From: Bacteroidota bacterium
GTDB lineage: Bacteria > Bacteroidota > Bacteroidia > B-17B0 > Aurantibacillaceae
Direction: 5' to 3'
DNA: 32,000 bases
Assembly: GCA_003153315.1 (NCBI GenBank)
Contig: PLYA01000036.1
Location: 205,858-237,857, forward strand
Positions 24,481-32,000 of the stretch are shown here, one piece after another (within the stretch, counting starts at the first letter, position 1; each line of letters opens with the position of its first letter). The notes beneath the pieces were generated by a model. It had not been told where the DNA came from, did no database searches, and was given only the letters and a program-made list of their open reading frames with translations. A program made the position numbers and the translations under genes.

Positions 24481-24489
24481 AATTCTAAT

Positions 24490-24505
24490 TGTTTCACGTG
24501 GAACT
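24490..24505. other. parS-like ParB-binding site 3
   Basis: TGTTTCACGTGGAACT matches 14/16 to consensus and is a hybrid of the half-sites of sites 1 and 2. It sits between the methyltransferase start and the mnmG stop, overlapping the stop codon by 2 nt. Confidence 0.55.
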
Positions 24506-26390
24506 ATCTGCCCATATAAACCATAAGTATAGAAACATCTGATGGGTTAATGCCCGAAATACGGGATGCCTGCCCAAGGGTTTGTGGTTTAATTTTCTTT
24601 AGTTTTTCTCTGGCTTCGGCAGATATACTTGACACCTCATCGTAGTTAAAATCGGGCCTTAGTTTTAATTCCTCCAGCCTTTTTAGCTTATCGGCATTCT
24701 CACTTTCGCGCTCGATATAGCCATCGTATTTCATCAAAATCTCAGCTTGTTCTATGGTCTCATTATTGTACATGGAAACATTTTTATCCAGCTCTTTACA
24801 GTACCTAAGCATATCCGGAATAGAAATATTAGGACGAGAAAGCACATTATAATACCTCATCTTTTGTGTGATAGGGGAGGAGTTTATACTTTCTAAAAAG
24901 GGATTTATCTCTGCCGGTTCAATACTATTGTTCTTAAAATAACTGATAATAGATTCTGCGTTCTTAATCTTTTCCTCAACTTTTTTCATTCGTTCTGCAG
25001 AAGCCAAACCAAGTTTATGAGAAATAGGGGTGAGGCGAGTATCGGCATTATCCTGTCTTAAAAGCAAACGATATTCAGAACGGCTGGTAAACATACGATA
25101 GGGTTCGTCGGTGCCTTTATTAACCAAATCATCAATTAAAACACCAATATAACCATCATACCTGTTAAGAATAAGGCTATCATTTTCGCTAATCTTTAAA
25201 TGGGCATTCATTCCTGCCATAAGTCCTTGACAAGCAGCCTCTTCGTAGCCTGTAGTGCCATTGATTTGTCCTGCAAAATACAGATTATCAATTAGTTGTG
25301 TCTCTAAAGTTAACCTTAACTGAGTAGGGGGGAAGTAGTCATACTCAATAGCATAGCCCGGGCGGAACATTTTAGCGTTCTCTAAGCCAGGTATTAATTG
25401 CAGCGCTTTGTGCTGAACGTCTTCCGGCAAGGAAGTAGAAAAGCCATTCAGGTAGATCTCAACTGTATCCCAACCTTCAGGTTCAATAAACAACTGGTGA
25501 CGCTCTCTTTCAGAGAAACGGGAAATCTTATCTTCTATAGAAGGGCAGTAGCGAGGTCCGCGACCCTGAATGCGTCCGGCAAACATGGGAGATTGCTCGA
25601 AGCCCGTTTTTAATATATCGTGTACCTGTTGGTTGGTATAAGTAATGTGGCAAGGCACTTGCTTTTTTGCGTTTGCACCCATAAAAGGAGAGGTTCCATC
25701 CAAATAAGAAAACTTATCGAGGTGTTCATCACCTTCCTGCAACTCTGTTTTAGAATAATCTATAGAACGACCATCCAAGCGAGGAGGTGTGCCTGTTTTC
25801 ATGCGTCCGCTTTCAAAACCAAGTGCAACTAATTGTTCGGTAATGCCGAAAGCAGCTTTCTCTCCGGTTCTTCCACCCGAGAAATTCTTTTCCCCTATGT
25901 GAATTAATCCATTTAAAAAAGTGCCATTGGTAAGTACAACCGCTTTAGCTTTGAACTGAATGCCCATTCCGGTAACAACACCTTCTACTCGTTTACCATC
26001 TTTGCTTATCAGTAAAGAGTTTACGGTATCCTGCCAAAAATCTACATTAGGTGTTTGCTCCAGCATTTTGCGCCATTCGTTAGCAAACATCATCCTGTCG
26101 TTTTGCGTACGCGGGCTCCACATAGCGGGGCCTTTGCTACGGTTAAGCATACGGAATTGTATGGCAGATTTATCGGATATAATACCCGAATAACCGCCCA
26201 TGGCATCAATCTCTCTTACAATTTGTCCTTTGGCAATGCCACCCATGGCGGGGTTGCAGCTCATTTGGGCAATGGTTTGCATGTTCATGGTTATTAATAA
26301 AACCTTTGAACCCATGTTGGCAGCAGAAGCGGCAGCTTCGCAACCGGCATGACCAGCACCAACAACAATTATATCGTAAGATGATTGCAT
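24504..26390 (-). CDS. mnmG: tRNA uridine 5-carboxymethylaminomethyl modification enzyme MnmG (GidA)
   Basis: YDIIVVGAGHAGCEAA FAD motif and GPRYCPSIEDK. Full-length similarity to GidA. ATG 26390 (MQSSYDII) is preferred over the TTG at 26405. Confidence 0.95.
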   Translation of the reverse strand: MQSSYDIIVVGAGHAGCEAAASAANMGSKVLLITMNMQTIAQMSCNPAMGGIAKGQIVREIDAMGGYSGIISDKSAIQFRMLNRSKGPAMWSPRTQNDRMMFANEWRKMLEQTPNVDFWQDTVNSLLISKDGKRVEGVVTGMGIQFKAKAVVLTNGTFLNGLIHIGEKNFSGGRTGEKAAFGITEQLVALGFESGRMKTGTPPRLDGRSIDYSKTELQEGDEHLDKFSYLDGTSPFMGANAKKQVPCHITYTNQQVHDILKTGFEQSPMFAGRIQGRGPRYCPSIEDKISRFSERERHQLFIEPEGWDTVEIYLNGFSTSLPEDVQHKALQLIPGLENAKMFRPGYAIEYDYFPPTQLRLTLETQLIDNLYFAGQINGTTGYEEAACQGLMAGMNAHLKISENDSLILNRYDGYIGVLIDDLVNKGTDEPYRMFTSRSEYRLLLRQDNADTRLTPISHKLGLASAERMKKVEEKIKNAESIISYFKNNSIEPAEINPFLESINSSPITQKMRYYNVLSRPNISIPDMLRYCKELDKNVSMYNNETIEQAEILMKYDGYIERESENADKLKRLEELKLRPDFNYDEVSSISAEAREKLKKIKPQTLGQASRISGINPSDVSILMVYMGR

Positions 26391-26402
26391 TTTTAAGAAG
26401 CG

Positions 26403-26410
26403 CAAAATTA
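26403..26410 (-). promoter_or_regulatory. candidate -7 promoter box (TAnnTTTG) for mnmG
   Basis: The minus strand reads TAATTTTG, ending 12 nt before the ATG at 26390. Confidence 0.3.
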
Positions 26411-26444
26411 CAACAAAATTGGTTGCGCTCTTACTAAGAAAAGA

Positions 26445-27200
26445 TTAAACCATGTTTAATCGCTGTAAAAGCTCGTCTTTATAAGACCCACCAATAGGAA
26501 TTGGTTTTTTATCTTTTTCTAAAATAAGGTTGTGATTCTCTATGGCAACAATTTTATCCACTCTAACAATAAACGAACGATGTACGCGCATAAACTCATT
26601 AGGCGCTACTTTCTTCTCAATATCCTTCATAGTTGAGTGAATAGTGTAACGCATAAGCTCAGTGTTTATGGTTACATAGTCTTTTAGTGCCTCAATAAAG
26701 AAAATATCTTTTGTATTGATTTTTACTAAACGACTGTTTGATTTTACAAATAGAACATCTTTTGCGCCTTCTTTATTTTCAACTATTGAATATAAAAAAT
26801 CTCTTTCTTTTCTTAGTTCGGTTAATTTTTTGTGGCGATGGATTGCCATTTCAATAGAGATATTTAAATCCTTTTCTTTAAACGGTTTTAAAATATAGCC
26901 ATAAGGTTCGGTTACTTTTGCTTTTGCAAGCGTAGCTTCATCAGCATAGGCTGTTAAAAATATAACAGGAATATTAAGCAGTTTTATTTTATCAGCCGCG
27001 TCGATACCGGTTAAGGTACCCTTAAGCATAATGTCCATTAAAACTACATCAGGGTGTAGCTCGGTTGCCAATTCAATTGCCTCTTCGGCGTTGTTGCAAG
27101 AACCAATTACGCTATAACCTATTTTTTTAAGGCTGTTTTGGATGTCTTTTGAAACGATGCTCTCGTCTTCAACAACAAGTATGTTAATGGTGTTTGACAT
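26445..27200 (-). CDS. LytTR-family two-component response regulator
   Basis: Receiver domain (ILVVEDE, DVVLMDIML, KPF) plus a C-terminal LytTR domain (IFFIEALKDYVTINT...RVHRSFIV). Confidence 0.9.
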   Translation of the reverse strand: MSNTINILVVEDESIVSKDIQNSLKKIGYSVIGSCNNAEEAIELATELHPDVVLMDIMLKGTLTGIDAADKIKLLNIPVIFLTAYADEATLAKAKVTEPYGYILKPFKEKDLNISIEMAIHRHKKLTELRKERDFLYSIVENKEGAKDVLFVKSNSRLVKINTKDIFFIEALKDYVTINTELMRYTIHSTMKDIEKKVAPNEFMRVHRSFIVRVDKIVAIENHNLILEKDKKPIPIGGSYKDELLQRLNMV

Positions 27201-27203
27201 AAA

Positions 27204-29798
27204 TTAAAATATTATTTCGAATGAAGTTCCGTTTGTTTTATCTAAGGTTATGGTTCCGTTTATTTGTTCTGTTAAAATATTTACAAGTTGTAATCCTAGC
27301 GATTCTGTGTTTCTAAAATCTATGTTAGCCGGCATTCCTTTTCCGTTATCGGCAACAAGCATTTTTATTTTATTATTTCCAATATTTTTTAATTTAACCG
27401 TGATGAAACCTTGCGAACCATCGGCGAATGCGTATTTAAAAGCGTTAGATACGAGTTCATTTACAATCAGTCCACAAGGAATTGAGGTATCTAAATTAAG
27501 AAATATTGTATCAACATCAAAATTTGCTTTAATTTTTTGTTGATTAGCATCATATGAGTAAAAAAGGTTCTTTACTAAATTGGTAATATACTCACTAAAA
27601 TTTATCTGCGAAAAGTCTTTTGTTTGGTATAATGACTCGTGTATAAAGGCCATTGTTTTAATACGGTTTTGGCACTCCCTTAAAATATTAGCAGTTTCCT
27701 TGTCTTTTACATACGAGGTTTGCAGGTTAAGTATACTTGAAATTACCTGTAGGTTGTTTTTTACGCGATGGTGTACCTCTTTTAATAGAATTTCCTTTTC
27801 TCTCAATGCTTCGCGCAGTTCTGTTTCAGATGCTATTTTTTCTGTTATATCTCGAGAAAATATAGCTATGCCAACCGTTTCGGAGCCTTGTTTAATAGGG
27901 TTGTAATTACTTTCAAAATATCGTTTTTTATTTCCGCCAACACTAAAAATTTCTACAGCCACCAAGCTTTTTCCCTCAGTAAAAACACGTTGGTAAATGT
28001 TCTTCATGTCGTCGTGATGACTGGCATCCATGGTTTCAAAAACAGACATACCCTCTTTTAATTCAACTCCGTTTCTACCTCTAACCATCCCAAACAATAG
28101 TTGGTTAAATTGTACAATGCTGTAGTTTTTATCGATAGAAACCACAATATCGGTTGTGTTATTAATAATAGCGGCAAGTTGTGTTTGGGTGTTTAATATT
28201 TTTTGCTGAATGTCTTTTTGTTCAGTAACGTCTTTAGAAAAAACTGATACGCCAACTATTTTGTTATTTATTACTATAGGGTTATAGTTTGCCTCGTAGC
28301 TACGTATTTTTTTTATTTTAGGATGAAAAAAGGTTTCTACAGCCACCACGTTTTCTCCTTTTAATGCTCTATCGTATGTTTTTTTTAATTCCTTATGCAT
28401 TTCCGGTGGGAGGAAATCAAAAAAATTCATACCGGGGTACATTTCTTTTCCCGTACGATATAACGCAATTTCTCGTAAGACTTCGTTACACTGAACTACA
28501 TTATAATTTTTATCCATCGAAAAAATAATGTCGTTCGTTGTGTTTATTATTGTTTTAAGCTGAGACTGTTTATCTAATACCTCTTGTTGAGCATTTTCTC
28601 TAACTGTTATATCTTTTGAAAAAACAGCTATTCCGGTTACCTTGCCTCCAATCTTAATTGGACTGTAGTGAGCCTCATAAACTCGCTCACGACCTTCCAT
28701 ATCAAATCTCTCAATTGCTAAAACACTTTCTCCGGCTAAAGCCCTATTATACTTGGTTCTTACATCTTCATGATATTGGGCCGGTAAAATATCAAAAACA
28801 AGTACGCCCGGTTTTATATCAACCCCATGCCTTATTTTTACAACGCGCTTTAGTACATTATTAAATTCGGAGATTCTATAATGTTTATCTACCGAAAAAA
28901 TAATATCATCGGTAGTGTTAATAATAGCTTCTAATTGCGATTGCTTATGGGTAATTTCTTTTTGGTCCTTTTTTTGCTGTGTTACATCATGAGCCTGCCC
29001 GGCAACTTCAACTATTTCTTTTTTATTATTACGTATTGGATGTAAAGTAACAAATCTATGTTTCTTTTCACCGCTTAGAGTAATTGTTTCAGTTTCAAAT
29101 TCGACTGTTTTTCCTAAAAAAGCTTCTGCATATTTTTCATCCCAAAAAGCATGATAGTCATCTGGAGCAAATTTTATTTTAGGCTTATTTAAATCTGTAT
29201 TTATTTGTGGATAAACGCCGTACGCGTTATAAATAGCTTCTCTATAATTTTCATTAAAAGATGTTAGAGAAATGTTTTTATTAACAGTCCACATTAATTG
29301 GGTGCCGCTTTCAAAAATTGCTCTTAGTTTTTGTTCCGATTGCGTTCTAAGATCTATTTCTTTTTTTAATTGCAAGTTTATTTTTTTAACCTCCTTTGTT
29401 CTTGTTTTTTCTTCTAACAATTGTCTATTAATCGCCGTATCTGAAAAAATAACTTGTATAGCGGGAGAATTTTTATATAAAATATACGATGATTTTATTT
29501 CTATAAAAACCGACTTACCCTTGTTGTTTTTTACTTCTATTTCAATAGGAGGAAGTTCTTTATCTAGTATTAAATTCTTTCGACGTTCGTTTAATTTGTT
29601 TATAAATTGCGGCTTAACAAAATCGTACGCATTTTTTAGATTAAACTCTTTCTTGGTTAGACCTGATAATTCGACAGCTTTTTTATTTGCAAAAAGAATT
29701 TTTCCCTCGAAAGAAATTATAGCTATTGGTAACGGCAAATTTTCTATTATGCTTTTATAGCCGTTGGTATCCGAAATATGTTTATCGGTTTTATTCAT
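27204..29798 (-). CDS. multi-PAS sensor histidine kinase (HisKA_2-type phosphoacceptor + HATPase_c)
   Basis: At least 5 PAS-like modules. H-box HHRVKNNLQVISSILNLQ. ATPase motifs LVSNAFKYAF, DNGKGMP and GLQLV. ATG 29798 is preferred over the TTG at 29801. Confidence 0.9.
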   Translation of the reverse strand: MNKTDKHISDTNGYKSIIENLPLPIAIISFEGKILFANKKAVELSGLTKKEFNLKNAYDFVKPQFINKLNERRKNLILDKELPPIEIEVKNNKGKSVFIEIKSSYILYKNSPAIQVIFSDTAINRQLLEEKTRTKEVKKINLQLKKEIDLRTQSEQKLRAIFESGTQLMWTVNKNISLTSFNENYREAIYNAYGVYPQINTDLNKPKIKFAPDDYHAFWDEKYAEAFLGKTVEFETETITLSGEKKHRFVTLHPIRNNKKEIVEVAGQAHDVTQQKKDQKEITHKQSQLEAIINTTDDIIFSVDKHYRISEFNNVLKRVVKIRHGVDIKPGVLVFDILPAQYHEDVRTKYNRALAGESVLAIERFDMEGRERVYEAHYSPIKIGGKVTGIAVFSKDITVRENAQQEVLDKQSQLKTIINTTNDIIFSMDKNYNVVQCNEVLREIALYRTGKEMYPGMNFFDFLPPEMHKELKKTYDRALKGENVVAVETFFHPKIKKIRSYEANYNPIVINNKIVGVSVFSKDVTEQKDIQQKILNTQTQLAAIINNTTDIVVSIDKNYSIVQFNQLLFGMVRGRNGVELKEGMSVFETMDASHHDDMKNIYQRVFTEGKSLVAVEIFSVGGNKKRYFESNYNPIKQGSETVGIAIFSRDITEKIASETELREALREKEILLKEVHHRVKNNLQVISSILNLQTSYVKDKETANILRECQNRIKTMAFIHESLYQTKDFSQINFSEYITNLVKNLFYSYDANQQKIKANFDVDTIFLNLDTSIPCGLIVNELVSNAFKYAFADGSQGFITVKLKNIGNNKIKMLVADNGKGMPANIDFRNTESLGLQLVNILTEQINGTITLDKTNGTSFEIIF

Positions 29799-31486
29799 CA
29801 ATCAACCGATTTTTCTTTTTTCGACTTATCCTTCTTAGTGTCTTCTTTTGGTTGATTCGTTTTCGTGTCTTGAAAAACTTTTAAATTATCTTCCAGTGCA
29901 GGCACATCTCTTCCGTCCCATTTCACTTCTTCTCCGTTTCTATATGTAATAGTTAGTACTAAAAAATTATTTTCATCAAAGTAATTCCAGTTACCATCTT
30001 TTTGTCCGCCCACATACTTACCGCTTGCTTGGGGTTTTCCGTTTTCATAATAGTATGTATGTTTTCCATCAGGTTCTCCATTTAAAAATCCACCCTCAAA
30101 CCTCAGTTTATTTTCCTTTACATAATAGGCTTTCCATACACTATCTGGCATGCCATTATGATACACACCATTTTCTTTATAATTTAATATTTGATAAAAC
30201 CACGGTCCTTCTTTATCACCATCTAAATACTCTCCTTTAGTAATTAGTTTTCCATCTTCTGTATATTCCTCATATTCTCCTTCTAATTTATCGTTCTGGT
30301 AGTTTTCTTTCATTAAAACGTTTCCATTATTATAGTACCAATTCCAGGGTCCTTGCAAACGGCCTTTTTTATCATACTTCCCTTTTTGTTCTATTTTTTG
30401 ATTTGGGTAAAAGAATTCCCAACTACCTATACGTTTATCATCAACATAAGTGCCTTTAGAACGAAACTCTCCGGTAATGTTATATTCTATCCACTCTTTT
30501 TGGCGACGACGTAAAGAATCAACCGGGCCACGTTCTATTAAATATCCTTCTTGAAAATTGAAAGCCGAATCGGCTACAGAAATATTAAAACAACGAAATT
30601 GTTTTTCATTTGCCTCTAATGAATCTATATAAACTAAAACGGTATCGCATCTGCGAGATAGATGATATTTATAATGTGTACCCATAGGAACACCGTTTAC
30701 ATAACCACCTTCATACTTTACATTACCATCATCAAAATACGCTTTAAAAACATCTAATTTAGCAAGCTCAGGAGCATCTTTTATTTCTTTACCAAATGCG
30801 TATTTTTTTATATCATCTAAATTTCCTTTTCTATCATACTCTTTTACATAACCATCAACAGCACCATCTTTATAACGCTCTTCTTTTTTTATAGCACCAT
30901 TACTGTAAAATTTCTTCCACATACCCTGCTTAACTCCATTTTCATCAGTTTGATTTATTTTTTCTTGTTTTTCTATATAACCCATTTTGTAGTGAATTAT
31001 ATTAGTTACAAGAGTATCTGGAGAATATATATATGATACACCATCAGCTTTACCGTTTTTAAACGGAATGTTTTGTTTTACCAACCCTGTTTTATAATAA
31101 ATGTATGATGTATCTTGTTTTAAATCGTTCACATAATTTTCTTTAGAAACAATTATTCCGGCAGAATCATACGTTGTGATGTACCCATTTTTTTTACCTT
31201 TTGAGTAATTAAATGTTTTTGTTAACTGTCCTTTTTCGTTATAAAACTTCCAAATACTATCTAAAAGAAATTCTTTACGATTACCTTCGTTTTTTAATAT
31301 TCCGGTTTTATAATAGTTTTTCCAATAACCATCAGCTTTACCATTTTTCATGGTTCCTTCTGATGATTTTTTTCCATTATCGAAATAAAAAATATTGTAT
31401 CCGTTTTTAGCAGTTGTAGAATCGCTTTTTTGAGCGTACCCTATAAAAAAATTAAAAACTAAAATTACTATTAAGGCCTTCTTCAT
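29798..31486 (-). CDS. MORN-repeat-variant (YwqK-like) secreted protein
   Basis: Signal peptide MKKALIVILVFNFFIGYAQ. About 20 repeats of the G.W..YY.NG / G..DG type. The TGA stop shares one base with the kinase ATG (TGATG). Confidence 0.85.
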   Translation of the reverse strand: MKKALIVILVFNFFIGYAQKSDSTTAKNGYNIFYFDNGKKSSEGTMKNGKADGYWKNYYKTGILKNEGNRKEFLLDSIWKFYNEKGQLTKTFNYSKGKKNGYITTYDSAGIIVSKENYVNDLKQDTSYIYYKTGLVKQNIPFKNGKADGVSYIYSPDTLVTNIIHYKMGYIEKQEKINQTDENGVKQGMWKKFYSNGAIKKEERYKDGAVDGYVKEYDRKGNLDDIKKYAFGKEIKDAPELAKLDVFKAYFDDGNVKYEGGYVNGVPMGTHYKYHLSRRCDTVLVYIDSLEANEKQFRCFNISVADSAFNFQEGYLIERGPVDSLRRRQKEWIEYNITGEFRSKGTYVDDKRIGSWEFFYPNQKIEQKGKYDKKGRLQGPWNWYYNNGNVLMKENYQNDKLEGEYEEYTEDGKLITKGEYLDGDKEGPWFYQILNYKENGVYHNGMPDSVWKAYYVKENKLRFEGGFLNGEPDGKHTYYYENGKPQASGKYVGGQKDGNWNYFDENNFLVLTITYRNGEEVKWDGRDVPALEDNLKVFQDTKTNQPKEDTKKDKSKKEKSVD

Positions 31487-31511
31487 CTACACTCCAAATT
31501 TAATTTTAATT

Positions 31512-32000
31512 TTAAGATAAAGACAACATTCGTAAAATTGGTTTTTTAGCCGCTTCTATTAAATGAACCGGTAGTAATAATTCGGGTTGCTCATATTTTA
31601 ATGTTAAGTAAATTTTTTCCAATGTATTTAACTTCATATGCGGACAATCGTTACAAGCACAACTGTTATTTGGTGGTGCCGGAATAAATGTTTTTTTAGG
31701 TGAGTTTTTTATCATTTGATGTAAAATACCCGTTTCGGTTGCTACTATAAATTCTTTACATGGATTTGTTTTAGTATAGTTTAAAATAGCCGTTGTACTA
31801 CCAATAAAATCAGCCTTATCTAATACAACGGCTTCACATTCGGGATGCGCGACTAATTGTGCTTGCGGATGTTGTATTTTCAGTTTAGTAATTTTTTCTA
31901 ACGAAAATATTTCGTGTACCATACAAGCACCATCCCATAACAACATGTTACGCTTTGTTATTTTATTTATATAAGCTCCCAGGTTTTTATCGGGTGCAAA
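31512..32000 (-). CDS. nadA: quinolinate synthase, N-terminal part lies outside the window
   Basis: WDGACMVHE, AHPEC, VATETGILH and CNDCPHMKLNTLEK (Fe-S cysteines). The frame stays open from 31946 to 32000 and reads FAPDKNLGAYINKITKRN. Confidence 0.9.
   Translation of the reverse strand, partial: FAPDKNLGAYINKITKRNMLLWDGACMVHEIFSLEKITKLKIQHPQAQLVAHPECEAVVLDKADFIGSTTAILNYTKTNPCKEFIVATETGILHQMIKNSPKKTFIPAPPNNSCACNDCPHMKLNTLEKIYLTLKYEQPELLLPVHLIEAAKKPILRMLSLS

Noticed and set aside
26400-26432. Hairpin agcgcaa…ttgcgct between the response regulator and mnmG, as a possible terminator.
   Set aside because: The loop is large (about 17 nt) and no T-run follows on the minus strand. It overlaps the candidate mnmG -7 box, so it was left uncalled.
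29206-29214. Perfect DnaA box (TGTGGATAA, the reverse complement of TTATCCACA), which is suggestive given the proximity of mnmG and parS.
   Set aside because: It is a single box inside the kinase coding sequence. The other near-matches (around 3722 and 26563) are also intragenic. There is no clustered set of boxes plus an AT-rich unwinding element in any intergenic region, so there is no evidence for oriC in this window.

Overview
The window looks like a low-GC Bacteroidota chromosome segment, based on TAnnTTTG -7 boxes, OmpA/PD40, MORN and LytTR genes, and typical REP-like intergenic hairpins. Most of it is housekeeping: asnB (edge-truncated), an OmpA-family protein, radA, trmB, an RlmI-like methyltransferase, an O-antigen-ligase-like protein plus a GT4 glycosyltransferase, an M13 peptidase, a lone DppB-type permease, tpiA, prmA, mnmG, a MORN / multi-PAS kinase / LytTR regulator operon, and nadA (edge-truncated). 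Four things stand out. (1) Two unrelated-in-sequence but architecturally identical modules sit 17 kb apart on opposite strands. Each has a strictly 21-bp-phased tandem array (10 units at 5369-5578, 14 units at 22237-22530), then a monocistronic orphan gene of about 230-250 aa, then a strong hairpin terminator. I know of no described system with this layout. (2) An accessory island (about 18.4-23.6 kb) carries a stand-alone SIR2_2-type sirtuin-like protein with an unassigned C-terminal half (defence candidate), a Bro-N/DinD-like gene, a GIY-YIG nuclease cassette and an HTH_17 excisionase-like gene. No integrase is present. (3) The GIY-YIG cassette is bracketed by REP hairpins and by 50-bp direct repeats that duplicate the 3' end of the excisionase-like gene. 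(4) Three parS-like palindromes lie within 1.1 kb, flanking a methyltransferase gene next to mnmG. No tRNA, rRNA, CRISPR array or transposase was recognised. All family assignments come from motif recognition by eye and need HMM confirmation.
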